From an uncultured Bacilli bacterium (lineage in GTDB: Bacteria; Bacillota_I; Bacilli_A; RF39; UBA660), in NCBI GenBank assembly GCA_910584085.1, contig CAJTZY010000003.1, positions 1,701-65,700 of the forward strand: a DNA stretch of 64,000 nucleotides, read 5' to 3'. Shown here one piece after another: positions 56,591 to 64,000 of this stretch. Position 1 is the stretch's first letter. Each line of letters begins with the position of its first letter. The translations under genes and the position numbers were made by a program. Below the pieces are notes generated by a model. That model was not told the origin of the DNA. It saw only the letters and a list, made by a program, of their open reading frames with translations, and ran no database searches.

Positions 56591-57025
56591 ATGGCAATAA
56601 TTATTGTAGGAGGAGTAATTGAGAAGGATGGCAAATTTTTATTAGTTCAAGAGGCAAAAGAAAAATGTAAAGGAAAATGGAATATTCCAACAGGACATCT
56701 AGAACCAAATGAAACCATTTTCGAAGGTACTAGAAGAGAAATATTTGAAGAAACAGGATGTAGCGTTGAATTAACAGGTATATTACAAATTGGCAACATA
56801 GCACTAGAGAAGGACAATTTAATAAGTGTAATATTTTCAACAAATCTAATAGAAGATAAAATCCTTTATAATAAATCTGAAATATTAAATGCTAAATGGT
56901 TTAGCTATGAAGAAATTTTAAGTATGAAAGAGGAGTTAAGGTCGCCCGACTTGATAATAAATAGTATATCAAACTTTGTAGAAAACAAAGGTTCAGATAT
57001 TAGTATTATAAAAATAATAAAATAG
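56591..57025 (+). CDS. NUDIX hydrolase
   Basis: Nudix box TGHLEPNETIFEGTRREIFEETGC. Confidence 0.8.
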   Translation: MAIIIVGGVIEKDGKFLLVQEAKEKCKGKWNIPTGHLEPNETIFEGTRREIFEETGCSVELTGILQIGNIALEKDNLISVIFSTNLIEDKILYNKSEILNAKWFSYEEILSMKEELRSPDLIINSISNFVENKGSDISIIKIIK

Positions 57026-57058
57026 AAAATAAATTCTATTTAAGGAGGGAAAAGTAAT

Positions 57059-57919
57059 ATGAAACAAGAATTAGTTAGAATTAACTCTATCGATGGAATA
57101 GAACAACCAGGTATTTTATATACTCCAAATGAAAATACAAATAAAATAGTAATTCATGTTCATGGATTAAGTGGTAACTTCTATGAAAATAGATTTTTAG
57201 ATGTCTTAGCAAAATCATATACAGATAAGAATTATGCTTTCTTAACTTTTAATAATAGAGGTAGAGGCCTTATTTCAGAACTACTTAAGGGTAATGATTT
57301 TACTATTATTGGTGGAAGTTTAGAGAAATTTAAAGACTGTATATTAGATATTGAAGGAGTAGTAAATTGGGTTAAGAAAAAAGGATATAGTGAAATAGTA
57401 CTAGAAGGGCATAGTTATGGTTGTAATAAAGTTTTATATTATTATAATCATAAGAAAGATGATAGTATTAAGAAAATAGTATTACTTTCCCCATGTGATA
57501 TACCATCTGAAACTAAAAAGTTTTTAAGTGAAGAAGAATATAAAATTGCTAAGGAAGAATCAACTAAATTAGTAAGTGAAGGTAAATATAATGAATTAAT
57601 AGATTTTTCAGTTATGGCAAATGAAAAAATTGCAGCAGGAACATATTATAATGATTTTCTACCAAATGGAGAAAATGATTTTATTAGATATGTAGATGGT
57701 AAAAATGGAAAAAGCGAAATTCTAAGTAGTATAGATATTCCAGTATTAGTAGTATTTGGGGATATTGATGAATGTGTTTTAACTCAACCCATTGATGTAG
57801 TTAAAGAATATTTAAATAATAATATAAGTAATTGTAATATTCAAATAATTGAGGGAGCAGATCATTCATATACGAATAAATATAAAGAATTAGGAAAAAT
57901 AGTAATTGATAATATTTAG
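57059..57919 (+). CDS. alpha/beta-fold hydrolase
   Basis: HVHGLSGN, the nucleophile elbow EGHSYG and a C-terminal GADHSY. Confidence 0.7.
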   Translation: MKQELVRINSIDGIEQPGILYTPNENTNKIVIHVHGLSGNFYENRFLDVLAKSYTDKNYAFLTFNNRGRGLISELLKGNDFTIIGGSLEKFKDCILDIEGVVNWVKKKGYSEIVLEGHSYGCNKVLYYYNHKKDDSIKKIVLLSPCDIPSETKKFLSEEEYKIAKEESTKLVSEGKYNELIDFSVMANEKIAAGTYYNDFLPNGENDFIRYVDGKNGKSEILSSIDIPVLVVFGDIDECVLTQPIDVVKEYLNNNISNCNIQIIEGADHSYTNKYKELGKIVIDNI

Positions 57920-58009
57920 TATATATATGAATAGAGAACTCGTAAAAAAATGGTTAGCAAAATTAAAAGAATATAAAATGTATTTATTTTAAAGGATGGG
58001 AAATGTTAG

Positions 58010-58681
58010 ATGAGTAAGAAATATATAATAGTCACTTGTATTTGTACACTAATATCACTAGTTTTTGGAATAATATCTAATGATATTGTAATTGGTGGAA
58101 TTATTCTATTAACAGGATTATTATGTGCTTACTTTGCAAGTGAAGGAAAAAGAATTAATTATATATTGGGTTTAATTAATTATATTTTAATGGGATATGT
58201 ATCATTTAAAAATAATTTATACGGAATATTTTTCTTTTATATATTTATATTCTCACCACTTCAAGTTCAAGGCTTTATAACTTGGAATAAAAATTTAAGT
58301 GATGAAAAAAATGTAAAAGTTCGAGAATTTACTTTAAAAAACTCTATTATTATTACACTATCTTGTATTATTGGAAGCTTGATACTAGGGTATTTATTAA
58401 CTCTCATTCCAAGTCAAAGACTCGCATTTATGGATGCAAGTTCTAACTGTATTAATTTATGTGGAATAGTACTTATGATACTTAGATTTAAAGAGTCATG
58501 GTGGCTATGGCTAATTAATAATGTTATAGATTTAGGTATTTGGATTATAACCTTTGCAAGTAAAGGTGAAGGATCCACAATGATGTTGCTTGTGTCTATT
58601 GGGTATTTAGTTATAAATATTTATGGAATAATTAAATGGAATATAGAAGCAAAGAAAGGAAAAATTGAAAATGAAAAATAA
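58010..58681 (+). CDS. pnuC: nicotinamide riboside transporter PnuC
   Basis: 7-TM protein. WWLWLINNVIDLGIW is a PnuC signature Trp/Asn motif. Confidence 0.75.
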   Translation: MSKKYIIVTCICTLISLVFGIISNDIVIGGIILLTGLLCAYFASEGKRINYILGLINYILMGYVSFKNNLYGIFFFYIFIFSPLQVQGFITWNKNLSDEKNVKVREFTLKNSIIITLSCIIGSLILGYLLTLIPSQRLAFMDASSNCINLCGIVLMILRFKESWWLWLINNVIDLGIWIITFASKGEGSTMMLLVSIGYLVINIYGIIKWNIEAKKGKIENEK

Positions 58682-59225
58682 TTATTTATTAATACATGGA
58701 AGTTTTGGAAGTCCATTCTCTAATTGGATTCCATATTTAAGAAAAGAAATTGAAAATAAAGACTTAGAGGTTTACACTCCAGATTTTCCAACAGGAGTGG
58801 GTTATCAAAATTATGAAAACTGGTCTAAACTTTTGAATGTTTATGTAGATACAAATATAATTAATAAAAGCACAATTATATTTGCTCATTCAATCGCGCC
58901 TATCTTTATCTGTAAATTTTTAGTTGAGAATAAGATTAAAGTTAAAAGGTTAGTTTTTGTTTGTGGGTTTAATAATTACCTTGGAATTAATGAAGATTAC
59001 GATACTGTTAATGAAAGTATGTATTTTGATAATCTTTCAGATGTTAAAAATTATTGTGATGATATTGTTTGTTTTTATTCAGACAATGATCCCTATGTTA
59101 AATATGAAGCTGAAAAGAAATTTGCAGATACTATAACTGAAAATCAAATTATGATTTCTCATGGAGGGCATCTCAATTCTGAAAGTGGGTATACAGAGTT
59201 TACTGATTTATTAAAATATTTGTAA
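58665..59225 (+). CDS. YdeN/RBBP9-like serine hydrolase
   Basis: LLIHGSFGSPFSNW, FAHSIAP and DNDPYV. It overlaps pnuC by 17 nt. Confidence 0.6.
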   Translation: MKMKNNYLLIHGSFGSPFSNWIPYLRKEIENKDLEVYTPDFPTGVGYQNYENWSKLLNVYVDTNIINKSTIIFAHSIAPIFICKFLVENKIKVKRLVFVCGFNNYLGINEDYDTVNESMYFDNLSDVKNYCDDIVCFYSDNDPYVKYEAEKKFADTITENQIMISHGGHLNSESGYTEFTDLLKYL

Positions 59226-59320
59226 TTTGTAAATACGTTGTTTGATTGATTAAATTAAGAATTAGAAAAGCATATATGATTTTTAGTCGAATTATGGTAT
59301 AATTATGATGGGTGATAACT

Positions 59321-59800
59321 ATGAAAATAATAGAGTATTCTAGTAAATATGATGAAGTTATTAAAGATTTACTTGTTGAGTTACAAGAACATATTGTAGA
59401 GATAGACAAAGAGAAATATAATATTTTAACCCCTGAATATAGAGAAAAATATTTTGAAAAAACTATGAACGAAGTAACTAAATATGAAGGGAAAATATTT
59501 TTAGCAAAAGAATTAGATTCAATAGTTGGACTTATCATTGGTGTTATTAATAATGAAGATGAAAAAACTTATGATTTTTCTGCACCAAAGAGGGGTCGAG
59601 TAATTGAATTAGTAGTATCAAATACTTGTCGTTCAAATGGTATTGGGAAACAATTATTAAATAAAATGGAGAGTTATTTTAAGAAAATTGGCTGTAAAGG
59701 TGTCTTAATTGATGTTTTTGCTTATAATGAGGGTGCTCAAAGATTTTATTATAAAAATGGTTATTTCAATAGAAATATAGAGATGATGAAAAAAATATAA
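59321..59800 (+). CDS. GNAT-family N-acetyltransferase
   Basis: LVVSNTCRSNGIGKQLLNKME. SD gggtga precedes ATG 59321. Confidence 0.75.
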   Translation: MKIIEYSSKYDEVIKDLLVELQEHIVEIDKEKYNILTPEYREKYFEKTMNEVTKYEGKIFLAKELDSIVGLIIGVINNEDEKTYDFSAPKRGRVIELVVSNTCRSNGIGKQLLNKMESYFKKIGCKGVLIDVFAYNEGAQRFYYKNGYFNRNIEMMKKI

Positions 59801-59812
59801 GGAGGATATGCA

Positions 59813-60499
59813 ATGAGAAATATTATTATAACTGGTGGAGATGATGGTTTAGGAAGAGCAATAGCAAAATTATTAAGTGAAAATGAAAATGTTATTACTA
59901 TTTCTAAAACAAAAGAAAATGCTATGCGAATAGCAAAAGAAATACCTAGTGCTAAATGTTATACTTGTGATATTACTAAACCCGAAGAGGTTAACAATAC
60001 AATTAAAACGATTATTGAAAATCAAGGAGATATTGACATTTTGATTAATAATGCTGGTGTTTGGCTAGCAGGAGACTTAACTGAAAATACTTATGAGCAA
60101 ATTAGTAATTGTATAGATGTAAACACTAAAGGGCCTATCTATATGACAAAAGCAATATTACCAAATATGTATGAAACAGGACATGGATTAATTATTAATG
60201 TTTGTTCCCAAGCAAGTTTCGATAGTGACGATTTTTCAACAGTGTATAATGCTTCTAAATGGGCTATGAGAGGTTTTAATAGATCTATTCAAAAATATGT
60301 TAGTAAAAAAGGAATTAAAGTTACTGGATTTTACCCTGGATTTATGCAAACTAACATTTTTAAAAAAGCTGGAAATGATTATGATACTTCTACAGGATTA
60401 GAAGTAGAGAAAGTTGCTAAAGCAATTGAATTTATTATAAATTGTGATGAAGATGTAATTATACCTGAGTTTGGTATAAAAGATATTGAAAATTACTAA
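59813..60499 (+). CDS. short-chain dehydrogenase/reductase (SDR)
   Basis: ITGGDDGLGRAIA, NNAG and YNASKWA (YxxxK). Confidence 0.85.
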   Translation: MRNIIITGGDDGLGRAIAKLLSENENVITISKTKENAMRIAKEIPSAKCYTCDITKPEEVNNTIKTIIENQGDIDILINNAGVWLAGDLTENTYEQISNCIDVNTKGPIYMTKAILPNMYETGHGLIINVCSQASFDSDDFSTVYNASKWAMRGFNRSIQKYVSKKGIKVTGFYPGFMQTNIFKKAGNDYDTSTGLEVEKVAKAIEFIINCDEDVIIPEFGIKDIENY

Positions 60500-60521
60500 T
60501 CAAAAAGGGAGAAAAAATAAT

Positions 60522-61205
60522 ATGAAAAAAGTAATTATAATAACAGGAGGAAGTGATGGTTTAGGTAAAACTTTGACTGAATCATTATCAAAAGAAAATG
60601 ATGTAATTATTTTAGCTACAAGTGAAGAAAAATTGATAAATGTTGCAAATAATAATGGGTGTAATTATAAAGTTTGTGATGTAAGTAATTATTTTTTAGT
60701 AGAAAAATGTATTAATGAAATTATTGAAAAATTTGGAAAAATTGATGTACTAATTAATAATGCAGGATTATGGATTCAAGAAGAATTAGATAACAATGAC
60801 AGTGAAAGAATTAATTCTGTAGTTGATGTTAATTTACTTGGAGTTATAAATTGCACTAAAGCAGTAATTCCAGTTATGAAACAAAATAAGAATGGTTTGA
60901 TTATTAATATTAACTCACAAGCTGGTATAAATCATAAAGCTGAGAGAGTAGTTTACAATGCTACAAAATGGGGTGTCACTGGCTTTTCTAAATCTTTAGC
61001 AGATGAAGTAGCTAAATATGGAATTAGAGTTTCTAATGTTATGCCCGGAATGATGAAAACAGATATGTTTAACAAAATGAATATTCAAAAAAATATGATA
61101 AATGGAATAGATACAAAAGAAGTTGCAAGATTAATACAATTCATTATTGATACTCCTTCTGATGTTATGATACCGGAAGTTGGAATTAAAAATATTAATA
61201 ATTAA
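60522..61205 (+). CDS. short-chain dehydrogenase/reductase (SDR), tandem paralogue
   Basis: ITGGSDGLGKTL, NNAG and YNATKWG. The end is collinear with the preceding SDR (IPEVGIKNINN against IPEFGIKDIENY). Confidence 0.85.
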   Translation: MKKVIIITGGSDGLGKTLTESLSKENDVIILATSEEKLINVANNNGCNYKVCDVSNYFLVEKCINEIIEKFGKIDVLINNAGLWIQEELDNNDSERINSVVDVNLLGVINCTKAVIPVMKQNKNGLIININSQAGINHKAERVVYNATKWGVTGFSKSLADEVAKYGIRVSNVMPGMMKTDMFNKMNIQKNMINGIDTKEVARLIQFIIDTPSDVMIPEVGIKNINN

Positions 61206-61236
61206 AAGATGATGCTAATATCATCTTTTAACGTTT
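61204..61236 (+). terminator. terminator hairpin
   Basis: A 10-bp stem pairs aaaagatgat with atcatctttt. The downstream U-tract is weak. Confidence 0.55.
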
Positions 61237-61337
61237 ATAAAAATAACATTACTAGTCCAAATAAGATTTGAATGGATCATATGATAATAGGTTTTTAAAC
61301 TTAAAATCTAAAAAAATATCCCTCAATCGTTAAATAG

Positions 61338-61404
61338 ATTATATGATAAACCCTAGGAAAAATCAATAGTCGTATAGGAATTTATTATGAAATATAGTAT
61401 AATT
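61338..61404 (+). repeat. copy B of the ~60-nt intergenic promoter-like repeat
   Basis: See 52451-52511. The conserved core is gtataggaatttat-N7-tatagtataatt. Confidence 0.6.
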
Positions 61405-61431
61405 TAGTTAGTCGAAATACTTGGAGGAACT

Positions 61432-62366
61432 ATGATAGATATTAATGTTGTTAAAGATAATGTAAGTATACTTTCAAAAAGATTAGATAGCTTGAATATT
61501 GATAGTATTTTTATAGAACAAGATGGTAAAATGGATAAAATTTTTTATAACGAAGAACAATTACATGAGTTAAGAAGCTGTGCAAAACTATTAGTGTCTA
61601 TGGCAATAGGAATAGCAATAGAAGATAAAATGTTAGTTGATGGGATTCCTTTATCGTTAGATACTAAAATATATCCTTCAATAAAAAAATTGGTAGATAT
61701 AAAAGACCAAAATAATTTACTAAAAGTTCAAAAATGGACAGTCAAAAATTTACTAACACATACTACAGGCTATGAAAGTCAAATGATGTCAGAAAGATAC
61801 ATTAAAGATGTTGATAAAAATGAATTGTTAAATTATGCTTTAAACTATGATATTCCATTTGAGGTAGGAACAAGATTTGCTTATAACAATGTAGAACCTT
61901 TTGTTTTATCAGTATTTTTTCAAGAAACATTTGGAGTTAATTTAAAAGATTATATAAATGAAAAGATATTTAAAAATTGAACATTAAAGAATTTGAATGG
62001 GATAATTATGGGAAGTATTGTCCAGCATCTACAGGCTTGTATTTAAAACATTCTGATTTTCATAAAATAGGCAAACTTTTATTGAATAATGGAAAATACG
62101 ACGGAGAACAAATCATTCCAGAAAATTGGATAAGAGAAATGTCATCAATGCAATTAGAAACTCCTTCTATATATAAACCAGAAAGAGTTTTACCTAAAAT
62201 TGGAATAGGATATTATACTTTCATTTCAAGAGATGGTTATTTTTTTAGAGATGGATCTAATGGGCAATACATTATTGTAAACAAAGGGAGAAATTTGTTA
62301 ATAACTATAATGTCAATAGAAAATGATATGAAGAATGTTACAGAAATTTTCAGAAATATTATTTAA
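61432..62366 (+). pseudogene. beta-lactamase-family serine hydrolase disrupted by a frameshift in an A5 run
   Basis: SxxK is present as SCAK, plus HTTGY. ORFs 61432..61980 and 61977..62366 join as ...EKIFKKLNIKEFEW if one A is added at 61972-76. Confidence 0.65.
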
Positions 62367-62526
62367 AGGGAATTATTATGACCACAGAAAAGTAAGTAAG
62401 AGAATTAATAGACTGTTAAAGAAGGAGATTATTCTAGTCAATATAAAAATGAATCAATTAAAGGCTTAATTTTCACACAAGTGTGAGTATTTTCTTAATC
62501 AAAAGTATTGTCAAGTTTAATTATAT

Positions 62527-62556
62527 CAAACTGATAACGTGTAGGTCCGACACCCG
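62527..62556 (+). other. degenerate fragment of the tRNA-Gly 3' half, inverted relative to the real gene
   Basis: tcaaactgataacgtg-ta-ggtccga-cacccg resembles tRNA-Gly ccaagctgataacgtg-g-gtccga(ttcccat)cacccg. Confidence 0.5.
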
Positions 62557-62562
62557 TGAAAT

Positions 62563-62589
62563 GCAAAAAAAAACGTGAATTCACGTTTT
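62563..62589 (-). terminator. Rho-independent terminator downstream of tRNA-Gly
   Basis: The perfect palindrome aaaacgtgaattcacgtttt is followed on the minus strand by T8. Confidence 0.85.
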
Positions 62590-62598
62590 ATTTTTAAA

Positions 62599-62672
62599 TG
62601 GAGCGGGTGATGGGAATCGGACCCACGTTATCAGCTTGGAAGGCTGGAGTTCTACCATTGAACTACACCCGC
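62599..62672 (-). tRNA. tRNA-Gly (anticodon UCC), CCA encoded
   Basis: The reverse complement is gcgggtgtagttcaatggtagaactccagccTTCCAAgctgataacgtgggtccgattcccatcacccgctcca. It folds by hand into a cloverleaf with anticodon loop cTTCCaa. Confidence 0.9.
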
Positions 62673-62904
62673 ATTTCGTAGACAATTAACATTATACTAT
62701 TAACAGTTCACTAAGTCAATACTTTTTTTGAAAAAAATGGTAGAAACTCCAGTCTTACATAAAAATATAAACTTATAAAAAATGTAATTATATAAATATT
62801 ATATGCAATAAACACTATTAAATTCACTATAAATCATAAAAAAGATAATTATTACAAATAATTAAACTATTAACTAAATTTCCTTTTTTTAAAACTCAAA
62901 ATAT

Positions 62905-62912
62905 TGTATAAT
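62905..62912 (+). promoter_or_regulatory. extended -10 element (tgtataat)
   Basis: 17 nt upstream of ATG 62929. Confidence 0.45.
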
Positions 62913-62928
62913 ATAAAGAGGTGGTAGT

Positions 62929-64000
62929 ATGCTAGAGGATATAAAAGATGATTCTATAGTAATATGTAATAATGAATATAAAAATCAAATATTAAAAGAA
63001 TTAAGAAAACTTATTAATATTAAATTTATTAGTATGGATGAATTCATTAAATCATATTATTTTGATTATGATGAAAAAACAATCCTATACTTAATAAAAA
63101 AATATAACATTAAATATGAAATCGCACTTGAATACCTAAAAAATATTTATTATGTAGAAGATATACACTTTAATGATGAAAAATTAGACTTTCTAGTTCA
63201 TTTAAAACAAGAGTTGATACAAAATAATTTACTTATATTTAATAATAGATTTAAAAAGTATATAAAAGATAAAAATATTATAGTGTATAATTATTCACTA
63301 ACTAAATTTGAAAAACATTTACTTAAAGATATACCCGTAACTATAATAAATAGTGAGAGTAAAAATTATACACCAAGCATATACGAATTTAATAGTATAG
63401 AAGAAGAAATAGAATTTGTTGCTAAAAAAATATCTAGTCTTATAAATAATGGAGTAGAAATAAATAAAATAAAATTAACTAATATAAGTAATGATTATAT
63501 AAATATGATAAATAAAATATTTGATTTCTATAATTTAAAAATAAATAAATTTAATCAAATACCCATTATATCAAGTTTGATAGGAAGTATATTTTATAAA
63601 AACTTAGATAAAGGTATAGAAGAAGCAATTAAATCAATAGATGATTATAATACAACAATCACATATAATAAAATAATTAATATATGTAATAAATATATTT
63701 GGTGTACTGACATTAATGATTTAAAGATATTAATAGAACATGAATTAAAACATACATATATTGAAAATACACTTTATACTAATATGATAGAAGTAGTTGA
63801 TTATAAGACATATTTATTTGATGATGAATATGTGTTTATGTTAGGTTTTAATCAAGGTATAATACCAAAAATATTTAAAGATGAAGATTATATTAGTGAT
63901 TCTATAAAGCCAAGTTATTTAGATAATACAATAGAAAAAAATAAAAAAGAAAAAAATGATACAATTAATTCAATTAAGAATATAAAAAATTTAATTATAA
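62929..64000 (+). CDS. addB: helicase-nuclease complex subunit B (AddB/RexB-like), 3' end outside the window
   Basis: I translated it by hand and it stays open to the window end. SD gaggtgg. MLEDIKDDSIVICNNEYKNQILKEL..., IYEFNSIEEEIEFVAKKISSLI and FMLGFNQGIIPKIFKDEDYISD match the AddB N-terminal (inactive helicase-like) region as I recall it. It is not in the ORF track because it has no stop. Confidence 0.6.
   Translation, partial: MLEDIKDDSIVICNNEYKNQILKELRKLINIKFISMDEFIKSYYFDYDEKTILYLIKKYNIKYEIALEYLKNIYYVEDIHFNDEKLDFLVHLKQELIQNNLLIFNNRFKKYIKDKNIIVYNYSLTKFEKHLLKDIPVTIINSESKNYTPSIYEFNSIEEEIEFVAKKISSLINNGVEINKIKLTNISNDYINMINKIFDFYNLKINKFNQIPIISSLIGSIFYKNLDKGIEEAIKSIDDYNTTITYNKIINICNKYIWCTDINDLKILIEHELKHTYIENTLYTNMIEVVDYKTYLFDDEYVFMLGFNQGIIPKIFKDEDYISDSIKPSYLDNTIEKNKKEKNDTINSIKNIKNLII

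Noticed and set aside
57920-58009. NAD+/NiaR-type regulatory element or riboswitch upstream of pnuC
   Set aside because: The spacer is short and AT-rich, with no convincing conserved stems. It contains only a 21-codon ORF with no SD.

Overview
Very AT-rich (by eye about a quarter G+C) chromosomal segment of a spore-forming low-GC Firmicute, Clostridia-like. Supporting genes and elements are a Cse60-like ORF, a BclA-like collagen protein, a SpoIIAA/sigma-F-like pair, sigma-H/Spo0A-type promoter elements and AddB. I call about 75 protein-coding genes, almost all on the + strand, plus two tRNAs (Ser-GCU on +, Gly-UCC on -) and many clean intrinsic terminators. Housekeeping genes (eno, clpC-like, coaE-coaD, nifS, pnuC, trpF-like, addB) are interleaved with accessory genes. 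The stand-out is a compact retron-type locus at 32.8-35.0 kb. It has an extended -10 promoter and a ~170-nt msr/msd-like structured RNA with a1/a2 inverted repeats. The reverse transcriptase carries the retron NAxxH, YSDD and VTG motifs and is translationally coupled to a minimal nucleoside 2-deoxyribosyltransferase-like protein and a NUDIX hydrolase. A terminator closes the unit. Gene order and effector composition differ from the NDT-type retrons I know, so this may be an undescribed variant. Other items worth a second look: (1) a convergent type I toxin-antitoxin-like module at 36.6-36.9 kb, with a 25-aa hydrophobic peptide and an antisense RNA, each behind a near-consensus promoter; (2) a STAS/sigma-F-like operon with no anti-sigma kinase and a STAS protein lacking the phospho-serine; (3) two near-identical sigma-H-type promoters; (4) a five-gene cluster with two radical-SAM enzymes behind a perfect consensus promoter; (5) an isochorismatase/ParB-like/P-loop triple fusion; (6) a gene split by a ~1-kb insertion; (7) several homopolymer frameshifts or fusions; (8) a GC-rich structured island between convergent terminators; (9) an inverted tRNA-Gly fragment. 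No transposase, integrase, CRISPR array or rRNA was seen. All calls rest on reading the sequence and ORF translations; no database search was run.
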